Of a DNA stretch of 32,000 nt, positions 9,628 to 19,332 are shown piece after piece. The DNA is taken from the NCBI RefSeq assembly GCF_008000775.2, contig NZ_CP042905.2:2220001-2252000 (forward strand), read 5' to 3'. The notes under the pieces were generated by a model. It did no database searches. It was not told the DNA's origin and was given only the letters and a program-made list of their open reading frames with translations. The first letter of the stretch is position 1. Each line of letters begins with the position of its first letter. A program made the translations under genes and the position numbers. The stretch comes from Promethearchaeum syntrophicum. GTDB lineage: Archaea > Asgardarchaeota > Lokiarchaeia > Sigyniarchaeales > Promethearchaeaceae.

Positions 9628-10290
9628 TTACATATCATCTTTATCTAAGAAGAAAACTGCAACACATGATATGATTACTACAATTTTTTGGGCTAGGGCA
9701 TGTCCATATCCAAATAATTCAATGCTGAAAGCAATATGCAATATAAACGCAATTAAATAAAACAAAATTGCTATGCCTGTGAGATATACCATTGATAAAT
9801 CAAGATAAAAATCGAAGTTTTTCTTTTCCTCTTTATTTTTTGGGCGATGTTTATTTGAATATCGAAGTAATTGCATAACACCGTTTAATATTCCAAAAGA
9901 TCCAATAAAGATGGCTGCACCTATAGCATGAAAAATTAATAAATCCTCGTTATCCCTTGGAATCGCTACTCCTATTGGTCCAATTGCTACAAACAACGCG
10001 ATAATTGCTTTTCCAGTATGAAAAAACAAATCCTTTTTAAAGAAATAAATTATAGCAACAATTAAAGCAATTCCGCCACTTGTATAAAGTCCAATGGAAA
10101 AGATCATAGAAGAGATTGTATTTTCCCCTCCAGATAAATTTGTTGTTCCACCTAAAGTGCTAATTGTATCTTGAAAGAAGTTATAATCATCAGTATATTG
10201 CCACCAAGCTAAAACAATTGTTAAAATTAAAACAATTGCTACTAACCAAACTAATAGACGTAAAACTGTTTGAATTTTCTGATCCGCCAT
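9628..10290 (-). CDS. Multi-pass membrane protein, DUF998-like
   Basis: 220-aa ORF with about six hydrophobic segments. Early TM1-loop pattern (AWWQYTDDYNFFQDTISTLGG) resembles the DUF998 family. Confidence 0.7.
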   Translation of the reverse strand: MADQKIQTVLRLLVWLVAIVLILTIVLAWWQYTDDYNFFQDTISTLGGTTNLSGGENTISSMIFSIGLYTSGGIALIVAIIYFFKKDLFFHTGKAIIALFVAIGPIGVAIPRDNEDLLIFHAIGAAIFIGSFGILNGVMQLLRYSNKHRPKNKEEKKNFDFYLDLSMVYLTGIAILFYLIAFILHIAFSIELFGYGHALAQKIVVIISCVAVFFLDKDDM

Positions 10291-10336
10291 ATATATTATT
10301 TTGAAGATTATATATTAATATATTTTGGTGAAAAAT

Positions 10337-10948
10337 TCATTCCTTGATTAAAACAGCTCTCGTTAAACCGCCTTCTAAAGATACTTTGATGGGAAAACCT
10401 GAAAAAATATATTTTCCCGGTTTTACTAATCGAAGATCTAATCCTTCATACACTAAAATTTCCTTAGAAAGAAGCTCAACATGAGTTTCTCTAGGACCAA
10501 TTGTAAGACAATCAATACCAACCGCTTTAATTCCGATTTTATATAAATATTTCGCCCCATCCTTAGAAAGGTATATATAATCATCGCGAAATGTTTCATA
10601 ATCAGTTTTTGAGTTTCTAGTTTTAAATAAAATTATATCATTTTTCTTGATTTGGAATTTAAGCAAATCCTTTTCTGTAATACTTCCACCAAATGGAATT
10701 TCTTGTAAATCAAGTAATGAGGCATTACCGTAACATTTATTTAAATCAATTTGGTCAATTTTTTTACCATCGTCAAATAAATGAAATGAAGAATCTAAAT
10801 GTGTTCCTGTGTGGGTTCCAATTGAAAAAAAAGATAAATTCCAATTTTCTGGTGGATTTTTCTTAATAAATTTGAATGAAAATCCTGGATCCCCTGGATA
10901 TGTTAGCATCTTTTCATCAATTGCCATACTAATATCATAAATTTTCAT
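10337..10948 (-). CDS. Cyclase family protein (kynurenine formamidase-like metal-dependent hydrolase)
   Basis: Motif HTGTHLDSSFHLFDDG and N-terminus MKIYDISMAIDEKMLTYPGDPGF characteristic of the cyclase/formamidase family. The supplied ORF starts at 10990; the internal Met at 10948 is the better homology-style start. Confidence 0.9.
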   Translation of the reverse strand: MKIYDISMAIDEKMLTYPGDPGFSFKFIKKNPPENWNLSFFSIGTHTGTHLDSSFHLFDDGKKIDQIDLNKCYGNASLLDLQEIPFGGSITEKDLLKFQIKKNDIILFKTRNSKTDYETFRDDYIYLSKDGAKYLYKIGIKAVGIDCLTIGPRETHVELLSKEILVYEGLDLRLVKPGKYIFSGFPIKVSLEGGLTRAVLIKE

Positions 10949-11227
10949 AATTTTAACCCTTTTAAAAATTATTTTTATTATTGGTATCAAAAACTTCTTC
11001 TTATGTTCGATTCAATTCAACAATGCTTTTTAATTGGAGAGGTTTTTGTTATTCTTGAATAAAAGCAAATTATCTAGAAAAAAAATCAGATCTTGAAAAA
11101 TTGGGATTATTAATAGGAGAAAACGATGCTACGAAATGAAAAATTCTCTATTATAAAATTATTAAAAATTTCATCACTAAGAAGATATTCCAAATAATTT
11201 TTATTTTCCACTATCATAAGGAGTAGT

Positions 11228-12382
11228 ATGAGAATAAATCAGAAATCAATAATATATCTAATCATACTCCTTTACCTTTCATGCATTCCTTCATTATTTT
11301 TAACGAATTATTGTAATGCCGAAAATTCCAATGATCTAGATTTCCCTCTTCGACGGTATGGTCATAGAATGGTTTATCTTCCTGAAGATGAGTCAATTTT
11401 CTTGTTTGGTGGTGAATTTGAGTATGAAAATAATTTAAATTTAAATAATACTTGGAAATATGATTATGTATCGAATTCCTGGCGAATAATATCAACAACT
11501 TCATCACCAATTTCCCGTTTCAATCATGGGATGGTTTATGATTCAAAGAATCAGCAAATAATTCTATTTGGGGGTGCAGATATTCAAAATTATAATCGAC
11601 TTGGTGATACTTGGATTTTTGATCTCAATGAAAATCAATGGTCACAACTAAATATTCCAAATTCTCCTCCCATTCGAAGTGATATGTCATATTACTATGA
11701 TGAGGTATTGGAAGCATTGATTATTTTTGGTGGCTATTCACAATATGATACAAGATTAGATGATACTTGGTGTTTTTACACTCGTAATAATACTTGGGTC
11801 GAAATTAATTCAACAAATTTCCCCGCTGCTCGTTATGGACATCAAATGATATATGATCCAGTAAATAATGTCGGTTTAATGTATGGAGGAAATGATTTTG
11901 TAAAATATGATGATACATGGCAGTTTAACTCTTCAAATTTTGAATGGACAGAATTACATCCTTCAAATATCCCTATGGCGCGTTATTGGCATAATATGGT
12001 TTATAATGAGAATATTGAACAAGTTATTATCTTCGGTGGAAGAAATGACGCAAATAGGGAATATTTAACAAATGTTTGGAATTTTGATGTCCATCTAAAA
12101 GAATGGGAAGAAGTGCAAAATAATAATAATCCTTTCAGACGAGAAATGAGTTCAATGGTTTATCATAACCAAAGTAATGTAATTGTTTTATTTGGTGGAA
12201 TAGAAGGATTCGATTCTCAATCTTTATCAGATCTCTGGGTTTATGACCTCACCAATCAAAGTTGGAAAGAACTTAATTCATCAATATGGAATAACTGGAT
12301 ATTCTGGGTTATTTTATTGACTGGATTAATGGGAATACTTGGTTCAATTTCATATATAATCATTAGAAAAAAGAAGAATTGA
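11228..12382 (+). CDS. Secreted, membrane-anchored Kelch/galactose-oxidase-type beta-propeller protein
   Basis: Signal peptide (IIYLIILLYLSCIPSLFLTNYCNA); five to six repeats of the type RYGHRMVYLPEDESIFLFGG...NTWKYDYVSNSWR; C-terminal TM (WNNWIFWVILLTGLMGILGSISYIIIRKKKN). Confidence 0.93.
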   Translation: MRINQKSIIYLIILLYLSCIPSLFLTNYCNAENSNDLDFPLRRYGHRMVYLPEDESIFLFGGEFEYENNLNLNNTWKYDYVSNSWRIISTTSSPISRFNHGMVYDSKNQQIILFGGADIQNYNRLGDTWIFDLNENQWSQLNIPNSPPIRSDMSYYYDEVLEALIIFGGYSQYDTRLDDTWCFYTRNNTWVEINSTNFPAARYGHQMIYDPVNNVGLMYGGNDFVKYDDTWQFNSSNFEWTELHPSNIPMARYWHNMVYNENIEQVIIFGGRNDANREYLTNVWNFDVHLKEWEEVQNNNNPFRREMSSMVYHNQSNVIVLFGGIEGFDSQSLSDLWVYDLTNQSWKELNSSIWNNWIFWVILLTGLMGILGSISYIIIRKKKN

Positions 12383-12432
12383 AATAATCTACAATCAAAA
12401 TTGAACCAGTTTTAATCTTTCAAACAAGAAAA

Positions 12433-14499
12433 TTAATTCTTGGTTATTCGATGTTTAAGAAGAAATTTAATCAACAAATAAAAGAATAATACAATTAGTG
12501 GCAGATATGAGATTAACTCGAACCATAATGGTATCTCGATTATGTTAATATCTGTTTGTAAGAAATTCATACCCTCCTCCATGGATATTAAACCTATTAT
12601 TAGTCTGTATATAAATTTAAATATAGATGGGAATGCACTTGCAAAAATAATGCTTGCTGCTAAATATTCAGTTAATTTGCCCAGTTTAGATGAAAATCCA
12701 TGACCTATTTTCAAGATTATAATGGGAAAACCATCATCAATCCATTTATTTTTAAAATTTTTAATAATTTCATTAATTTCTTTATCTTGGTGTTTTTTAT
12801 ATGTATTTCCTTCATTTTTTCGATTATACTCTATATTTGAAGAATTTTCTCTTGGTTTTGTTGATTTTGAACTAACTAATTTATGAATTTCGTCTTTCAA
12901 AAATTTAATTTCATCTTTAATTGTTCTTAGATTTTTTTCCTCAATAGATGTTTTTGGCAAGAAATTTGATTCATAATCAATCTTTACATTATTAAAATTC
13001 AATTTAGCAAATGGTTCTAGAGAATAGCTTTGATCTATTTTTAAAAATGCAATACTTTGATATTCAATTCCACTTTCTGTTTTTTTAAAATAGAAATCAG
13101 TAAATTTTAGAGGCATTATCCCACCTTTATCAGTTTCGACAGTAATCACTAAATTACGAATTAGAAGGGCAAGATACTTGTACTTAGATTCCCAGTCTCC
13201 GATCTGTTTACACTTGAACACTGCTTGAAACTGTAAAAAAGTTCTTGTTCGGTGGGAATGTTCTAAATGCAGTGGTTTACCATCATTTCTAAAATTAATG
13301 ATTTCTCTTTGAACCTTATTTTTTTCATGATTTAATTTGTATAATACGAAATTCCAAGGTTGAGTAATCTCACTCGCAGTTTTTTTCTTTATTCCCTTAA
13401 TATAGGTCCAAAAATACGATTTCATTGATTCTTTGCGCAATTTTAAAATCAATCTTTTTTGTAAAGTCAAATAATATTGATATTTGTCAGGATTTTTTTG
13501 ATATTCTGGAAAATAATTAAAAATCAAAGGAAAATTGAAAGAATTTTCGATTTTTGGCCTGATTTTTTCATCTTTCCTAAGTTGAGGAGGGATATCTTCA
13601 ATATAATTACCATCAATTTCAAAAATCTTGATATTTCCAATAGAATCCGGTAATTTAATTAATAGATTATTTTCAATATTAAGATATTCTAAATCAGCTA
13701 ACCCAGTTAAGGATCTGTTTAATTCCGTTATTTTATTTTTACTTATATCTATGCGTTTTAATTTCTTGAGATATTTTATAGAATCAGGAATTTTTGTTAA
13801 ATTGTTATTTTTTAAGCTTATAGCTTGAAGATTGTTATTTTCCCCAATCAAGTTTTGAAAGGTTTTAATTGAGTTATTATTAATTAATACATTTTTTAAT
13901 TTAGTAAGTTTACTCATCGATTCAGGAATAAAGCTAATATTATTATTACTTAGATTAAGATATTCTAATTCTTGTAGTTCTCCCATAAATTTAGGTAATT
14001 TTACAATTTTATTATCATTTAAATTCAACCTATGCAATTTCTTCAGATCACAAAGCTTTTCTGGTAAATTTTCAATAGAATTTCTACTTATTTCAAGAAT
14101 TCTTAAATTATTGAATGAAGTTATAATTTCAGGAATTTTTCCTTCAAATAAGTTATCATTTAGTCTAAAATCTTTTAAATTAGAGAGTTTCCGTAAACTA
14201 TTTGGAAGATTTTTTAATAAATTAGATTCGATATTTAATACATTCAGATTTATGAGATTCCCAATTGATTCTGGTAATTCTCTTAATTCATTTTTGTTAA
14301 GAAATAATTTTTCCAATTTCTTTAGATTTCCAATAGAATCTGGCAATTCTTTAATATGACACTCGCTGAGGTCTAGCGTAACTATATGGTCGTCTATTGT
14401 CTCATAATTTGCTTTCTTCATTATTTCTCCTTCTGCAAATAACACTTCAAAGTAATTAATTAATATATCTTCTTCCTTCATTTCTCCATTCTTTATCAT
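12433..14499 (-). CDS. Leucine-rich repeat protein with a large non-LRR C-terminal region and C-terminal transmembrane segments
   Basis: 688-aa ORF. About 11-12 LRRs of roughly 23 aa (LPDSIGNLKKLEKLFLNKNELRELPESIG...), then an uncharacterised region, then hydrophobic segments (YLAASIIFASAFPSIFKFIYRLIIGLI and ELISYLPLIVLFFYLLIKFLL). Confidence 0.92.
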   Translation of the reverse strand: MIKNGEMKEEDILINYFEVLFAEGEIMKKANYETIDDHIVTLDLSECHIKELPDSIGNLKKLEKLFLNKNELRELPESIGNLINLNVLNIESNLLKNLPNSLRKLSNLKDFRLNDNLFEGKIPEIITSFNNLRILEISRNSIENLPEKLCDLKKLHRLNLNDNKIVKLPKFMGELQELEYLNLSNNNISFIPESMSKLTKLKNVLINNNSIKTFQNLIGENNNLQAISLKNNNLTKIPDSIKYLKKLKRIDISKNKITELNRSLTGLADLEYLNIENNLLIKLPDSIGNIKIFEIDGNYIEDIPPQLRKDEKIRPKIENSFNFPLIFNYFPEYQKNPDKYQYYLTLQKRLILKLRKESMKSYFWTYIKGIKKKTASEITQPWNFVLYKLNHEKNKVQREIINFRNDGKPLHLEHSHRTRTFLQFQAVFKCKQIGDWESKYKYLALLIRNLVITVETDKGGIMPLKFTDFYFKKTESGIEYQSIAFLKIDQSYSLEPFAKLNFNNVKIDYESNFLPKTSIEEKNLRTIKDEIKFLKDEIHKLVSSKSTKPRENSSNIEYNRKNEGNTYKKHQDKEINEIIKNFKNKWIDDGFPIIILKIGHGFSSKLGKLTEYLAASIIFASAFPSIFKFIYRLIIGLISMEEGMNFLQTDINIIEIPLWFELISYLPLIVLFFYLLIKFLLKHRITKN
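13576..14385 (-). repeat. Coding leucine-rich repeat array (~23-aa units)
   Basis: Translated sequence aa ~39-308 with periodic LxxLxLxxNxLxxLPxxIxxL pattern. Confidence 0.9.
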
Positions 14500-14548
14500 A
14501 TTAAATTCCTCAATTTATAATTCATTCTGAAGATAAAAAAATCTTTCA

Positions 14549-15919
14549 GTGTTATCTAAATTTCAAAAATTTTTTAATACAATCGACATAACAGAAAATA
14601 TGATTAATAAGGATAGATTACTTGGAACAGCTGGTGAACGAGGATGTCGTTTTGGATGTAAATATTGTTTTACTCGTGATTCGAATTATCACAGATATGA
14701 ACGGTTTGATTTACTCGAGACAAGGGAAATAATTGAAAGAGCGGAAACGGTTTCAATTATTCAACCTTTTTGCGATATCGAATTTTTATTTGTAGAAAAT
14801 TGGCAAAATTATTTAGATAAAATCGCCGCTACAAATAAAAATATCAGCTTTGCAAGCAAATCGGATCTCAGTGAAAATACTTTGCAAGATCTAAAAGAAT
14901 TAAATAAATTGCTTAAAAAGAACAAAAAGTGTTTAAATATTGGAATTACAATAGTTAAATTGAAAAATTGGAAAGATTATGAACCCAAAGCACCAGAACC
15001 AGATGTTAGAATTAATACTTTAAAAAAATTATGGAAAGCTGGTATACCTACAGTATTAATTATGAAACCTATGATGCCAAATATAACTTATGAAGAAATT
15101 GATGAAATTGTCGAATTAACTTATAGACATTGCTATGGCTATTTATCTGGTCCTTTATACTTAACGAACGAATTTGAAAAATATCTAAAAAAAAGAAAAG
15201 AATTTCATTATAATATCGAAAAGCAAGAAGTTTTATGGCAAAGAGATATGCCTGTTCTCCCGGTAATAAAAAGTTCCAAATTACAAGATTATTTAAAAGC
15301 TGCTGTAGAGAAGAAAAAAAGAAAATTCTTCACGAATAATATCGATGCTACTGAATTTTGCTGTGAAAGAATAAATAAAAATATCGAAGTTGTAGATCAA
15401 TGGTCAGAGGAAATAAGAAGAGAGAAATGTGGAACCGTTTATATCATAGATCAAAAAACTAAGAAGTTCCTAATGGTATTTCATCGAAAGTATGGAAAAT
15501 GGTTAGCTCCGGGAGGTCATTTAGAAGGTGAAGAAAGCACAAGAGAAACAGCGTTAAGAGAAGCGGAAGAAGAAATTGGAGTTAAACCTGTACCAATTAT
15601 GGGATTATTCGGTAAATTGGAAAGAAACGGAGAAATTTTCAGGGAGACTGAAAGAGGTATCGGTACTGATGAATTTTGTAGAGTTGAAGAATTTCTCGAA
15701 GGAGGGCTATGCCCCGATCCTCATATTCATGATGATGCAATTTTCGTTGCAACTTTACATCCCAAACAAATACCTAAGATAACTAATAAGATTGAAATTG
15801 CTAGTATCGCTTGGTTTTCATTAGAAGAAATCGAGAAAAACGGAACTTACGAAAATGTTATAATGATATGTCGAGCAATTCTACGTGAATTAAAGAAATC
15901 TGGATTAATCGAGCATTAG
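14549..15919 (+). CDS. Radical SAM protein (spore-photoproduct-lyase-like core) fused to a C-terminal Nudix hydrolase domain
   Basis: CRFGCKYC (CxxxCxxC, 14645-14668) radical SAM motif with SPL-like downstream features (SFASKSDLSENTLQDL, EPKAPEPDVRINTLKKLWKAGIPTVLIMKPMMPNI). Complete Nudix box GHLEGEESTRETALREAEEEIGV at 15515-15583 (GX5EX7REUXEEXGU). GTG start at 14549; an ATG at 14600 is also possible. Confidence 0.93.
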   Translation: MLSKFQKFFNTIDITENMINKDRLLGTAGERGCRFGCKYCFTRDSNYHRYERFDLLETREIIERAETVSIIQPFCDIEFLFVENWQNYLDKIAATNKNISFASKSDLSENTLQDLKELNKLLKKNKKCLNIGITIVKLKNWKDYEPKAPEPDVRINTLKKLWKAGIPTVLIMKPMMPNITYEEIDEIVELTYRHCYGYLSGPLYLTNEFEKYLKKRKEFHYNIEKQEVLWQRDMPVLPVIKSSKLQDYLKAAVEKKKRKFFTNNIDATEFCCERINKNIEVVDQWSEEIRREKCGTVYIIDQKTKKFLMVFHRKYGKWLAPGGHLEGEESTRETALREAEEEIGVKPVPIMGLFGKLERNGEIFRETERGIGTDEFCRVEEFLEGGLCPDPHIHDDAIFVATLHPKQIPKITNKIEIASIAWFSLEEIEKNGTYENVIMICRAILRELKKSGLIEH

Positions 15920-15944
15920 AAAAATAGATAACTCTCCTTTTTTT

Positions 15945-16787
15945 TTATTTGTTGAAAAAAATATTTCCAATTAAAATCAATATACCTCCAATAAGTTGTA
16001 ATAAGATGAAATTGGCACCAAATACAATAAATGAATACAATAACGTTATAACGCTTGAAAAAGAATAAATTATGAAAGCTTTATTTAATTCTATATGCTT
16101 TAAACTGGAAACAAATAGTGTCCATCCAACAAAATCAGAAAGGAATCCCTGTAAGAAAGCAAACATAACGCTAATGTCAATTGTAAATAATTCGTTTTTA
16201 GAAAATATAACACAAAGAATTAATAGAACTATGGAACATATTAAGTTTTTATAAAAAGTTATGCTATATTCATCATGTTTTTCTCTGAGTTTCTTTGTGA
16301 AATAATTGTTAATTGAAAAGAAAAGCATTGAAAAAGTTATTGTTAAGACTCCAAATTGATTAAAATTCAAGCTTTCTTGAAAATAAAAGACAAAACTTCC
16401 AATAATTACTAGGAATGCAGCAATTATTTTTTGAATTTCGACTTTTTCTTTAAGTAAGATATATGAAAGCCCCAATGTGAAAACTATTTGAGTTTGCCCT
16501 AAAAATCCGATAACCACTCCAGATAGGAACGTAAAAGAATAAAAGAATAGTGTTATTCCCAACACATAAAATAATATAGGAATTAAAAAATCTTTACTAA
16601 AAACGATCTTCTTCTTTTTAATTATAACAAACAAGGAAAGTGAAATAAAGCCCGAAATTATCGTATAAAATGAAAAAATCCAAACTCTCTTGAGGGTAAC
16701 TCCTAATTGTGAAAAAATGGGGGCAGATGAAATTAGGATCACTGCTAAAAAAATACGTAATGCTGATTTATTCATTTTAAAAAACAA
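15945..16787 (-). CDS. EamA/DMT superfamily transporter
   Basis: 280-aa ORF with about ten TM segments in two halves; LGQTQIVFTLGLSYILLKEKVEIQKIIAAFLVIIGSFVFY typical of EamA. Confidence 0.88.
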   Translation of the reverse strand: MFFKMNKSALRIFLAVILISSAPIFSQLGVTLKRVWIFSFYTIISGFISLSLFVIIKKKKIVFSKDFLIPILFYVLGITLFFYSFTFLSGVVIGFLGQTQIVFTLGLSYILLKEKVEIQKIIAAFLVIIGSFVFYFQESLNFNQFGVLTITFSMLFFSINNYFTKKLREKHDEYSITFYKNLICSIVLLILCVIFSKNELFTIDISVMFAFLQGFLSDFVGWTLFVSSLKHIELNKAFIIYSFSSVITLLYSFIVFGANFILLQLIGGILILIGNIFFNK

Positions 16788-16889
16788 AAAAGGTGTGTAT
16801 ATTAAAAACTTTTATTTTTCTCTTTATTACCTTGAATTTAATTACAAAAAGGGAATTATTTTATCACAACTCTGATTGATTTTCAAAAT

Positions 16890-18650
16890 TTATGTTGTTG
16901 GCAATAAAGAAATAATTATCCATGCAGTTAGAGTACTGGTAAAAATTATTGCGGGTATTGGTGATTCATTATAATGATATAAGATTACTCCAATGACTTG
17001 TCCAATATACACAAAGATTATGAAAACAATTGTAAAAAGTATTGAGAGAAATCCGATTCCCATAAAATTTAACATTAGATAAATTAATAAAATGCTTGAA
17101 ATTTTTCCAACCACAAATACAAGTAGAAATTTTAGCAGACGATATTTCTCGGATATTATCATTACTATTTTTTGAATTTTATTTGATATTAGTTCCCCGG
17201 GTAATATCATGGCTCCAATAACAACACTGAAAATAAACCAATTTTTTATTGAATCGAGTTTTGAGGGAAATCCACCAAGTATATTAGGTATATCAATTGC
17301 ATAAAAGAATATTTGGAAAGCGATCGGAATAATTAAACTAATTAATAATCCTGCGAGAATATCTATTGAAAAACTTTTCCTAGATACCATGCTTTTAATA
17401 GAATCAGTACGCTGTTCTTTTTTAAACAAAAAACCTTTCCTTTTCATTATTTTAAAAATCAATAATAAAATCCAAGTAGATACTCCCATGAATAGTATAG
17501 CTCCAAAAAAATTGGAACTCGAACTCAAAGAAATCCAAGAAATCGTAATAAAATTTGTTATATATATTCCTAACACAATGAATAACGATTGAAATAGAAT
17601 AATTGAAAATATTTCTCCCCATAACATTTTTTGGATCTTATTAAATTTCTGTTCTGTTGATTTCTGAGAAGGAAATTCTTTTAATTTGAATAAAAAGGGA
17701 AAAACCAAAGATATTGGTATGATCATAAAAAAAATCCCCATATAAATGAATACATTAAAAACTTGAATAGCATTCATCCATTTGATCAAAGAACCGCTAT
17801 AATTCTGCTCATACTTAGTATCGATACCTAATTCATCACACATAAGATTAATCCAATCAACTGATGCTTCAAAAATTAGTGGATGTGTCTGTTCCGCTGC
17901 ATGAGTGATTGGATTTTTATCATCACCAATAATTTCTGCTTTCCGTGCAGTATAATTTAGGAATGAACCATACTTGACACCTAATTTAGCTGAAGCGTTT
18001 CCAGTTGTTGTTTGAAGCGTTGAGAGTAGTTCTTCTGGGGTAAAAAGTTCTTCTTTATTTCCAATGATGAAAAGAGTATTTTTTGGATTAGTCTCATTTA
18101 AATCTAATCCAATATACGGCATTGAAGCTCCAATGACTACAGAACCATTAATTAAATTAGGATATGCCATTGAAAAACGAGTAGCACAAAACCCCCCCAT
18201 TGAATGTCCAATAATAAACATATTTTTACAACCACGTTCATGCAAGAACTTCCAAGCGGTTAGCATATCATCTGCTGCTTGTTGCGCTCGAGTATCCCAA
18301 TCACCACTTAATTGCCCACCTGATAATCCATGACCGCGATAGTCCATTGCTACTACATGTGCTCCCAATTTTGCTACTGATAAAGCTAAATTGTGAACTC
18401 CCCATCTATCACTAGCATATCCATGAGCAACTATCACTCCAATTTCCGATTGCTCAAGAGGGATCAAATAATTTAATTCTAAATTTATTCCATCATATTC
18501 ACTATTGACTTGGAAATGATTAACTGATATACCCGTTTCTCCATACATATTGATGCGAGATCCTAAAATTCCGGTTGATAATAAAATAATTGGAATGATT
18601 GTGAACACTATAATGAACTTTAATAACTTCTTATTTGGAATTGAAATCAT
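16890..18650 (-). CDS. Alpha/beta hydrolase with N-terminal membrane anchor and polytopic membrane C-terminal domain
   Basis: 586-aa ORF. N-terminal TM; IGVIVAHGYASDRWGVHNLALSVAKLGAHVVAMDYRGHGLSGG and nucleophile elbow GHSMGG; C-terminal half has about six to seven hydrophobic helices. Confidence 0.88.
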   Translation of the reverse strand: MISIPNKKLLKFIIVFTIIPIILLSTGILGSRINMYGETGISVNHFQVNSEYDGINLELNYLIPLEQSEIGVIVAHGYASDRWGVHNLALSVAKLGAHVVAMDYRGHGLSGGQLSGDWDTRAQQAADDMLTAWKFLHERGCKNMFIIGHSMGGFCATRFSMAYPNLINGSVVIGASMPYIGLDLNETNPKNTLFIIGNKEELFTPEELLSTLQTTTGNASAKLGVKYGSFLNYTARKAEIIGDDKNPITHAAEQTHPLIFEASVDWINLMCDELGIDTKYEQNYSGSLIKWMNAIQVFNVFIYMGIFFMIIPISLVFPFLFKLKEFPSQKSTEQKFNKIQKMLWGEIFSIILFQSLFIVLGIYITNFITISWISLSSSSNFFGAILFMGVSTWILLLIFKIMKRKGFLFKKEQRTDSIKSMVSRKSFSIDILAGLLISLIIPIAFQIFFYAIDIPNILGGFPSKLDSIKNWFIFSVVIGAMILPGELISNKIQKIVMIISEKYRLLKFLLVFVVGKISSILLIYLMLNFMGIGFLSILFTIVFIIFVYIGQVIGVILYHYNESPIPAIIFTSTLTAWIIISLLPTT

Positions 18651-18679
18651 TTATCTGAAATCTCCATGATTTTTTTTTC

Positions 18680-19237
18680 TCAAAATATCGCTGAGAAATT
18701 GTTGGCGAAAGTAATTATTTCGTCCCAATTAACTGAATCGTTTTCGCGTTTTATTTCTATTTGCCTTGGGTTTTCTTTTTTCTCTTTGTTTTTCAAAATA
18801 TATCTAATTGCGATATTTAAGTTTGAATGATATGAAAAATCATATACTCCTCCAAAATTAGCTTTAAGATCTGGTGTTAATCCTAAATCACTGGCAAAAA
18901 AATCAACGTAATCACAATTTCCTTTTGAAAATCTATCAGATGATCGTGCGGCGCCACAAGTAATAAACATCCCTAACTTCACACCTTTCTTGGTAAAATA
19001 AACATGATTATTAGCAATAAATTTCTTCACTTTGGGGTTCCATTGTCCCATCTGGATCCCCGACCCTAGAATGAAACCATCAAATTTCTTCATTAAAACG
19101 TGTTCTGGACTAAAATTGATTGCGATATTATAAATTTCAACATCAAAACCGTTTTGGATTAAAATTTCTGAAATTTTCTCAGCAATTTCAATTGTAGTTT
19201 CATGCTGAGATCCAAAAATTACTGCAATATTCTTCAT
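18680..19237 (-). CDS. Flavodoxin domain protein (HemG/flavodoxin_5-like)
   Basis: MKNIAVIFGSQHETTIEIAEKISEIL N-terminal FMN phosphate-binding loop; DGFILGSGIQMGQWNPKVKKFIANN; resembles the protoporphyrinogen oxidase-type flavodoxin fold. Confidence 0.8.
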   Translation of the reverse strand: MKNIAVIFGSQHETTIEIAEKISEILIQNGFDVEIYNIAINFSPEHVLMKKFDGFILGSGIQMGQWNPKVKKFIANNHVYFTKKGVKLGMFITCGAARSSDRFSKGNCDYVDFFASDLGLTPDLKANFGGVYDFSYHSNLNIAIRYILKNKEKKENPRQIEIKRENDSVNWDEIITFANNFSAIF

Positions 19238-19332
19238 ACCTAAACTTAATCAAATATTGATTTATTCTGAATAAAATTCTTTAGTTTTTTTAATAAATCA
19301 TTTAAAAAGAAAGGTTTTAAGAAATTTTTAAT

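Noticed and set aside
13628-14359. Plus-strand ORFs 13628-13828 and 14111-14359 (66 and 82 aa) with repeated RFPIDSGNS-type phrases
   Set aside because: They lie antisense to the LRR gene. The internal repetition is a shadow of the LRR-coding repeats, so these are not independent genes.
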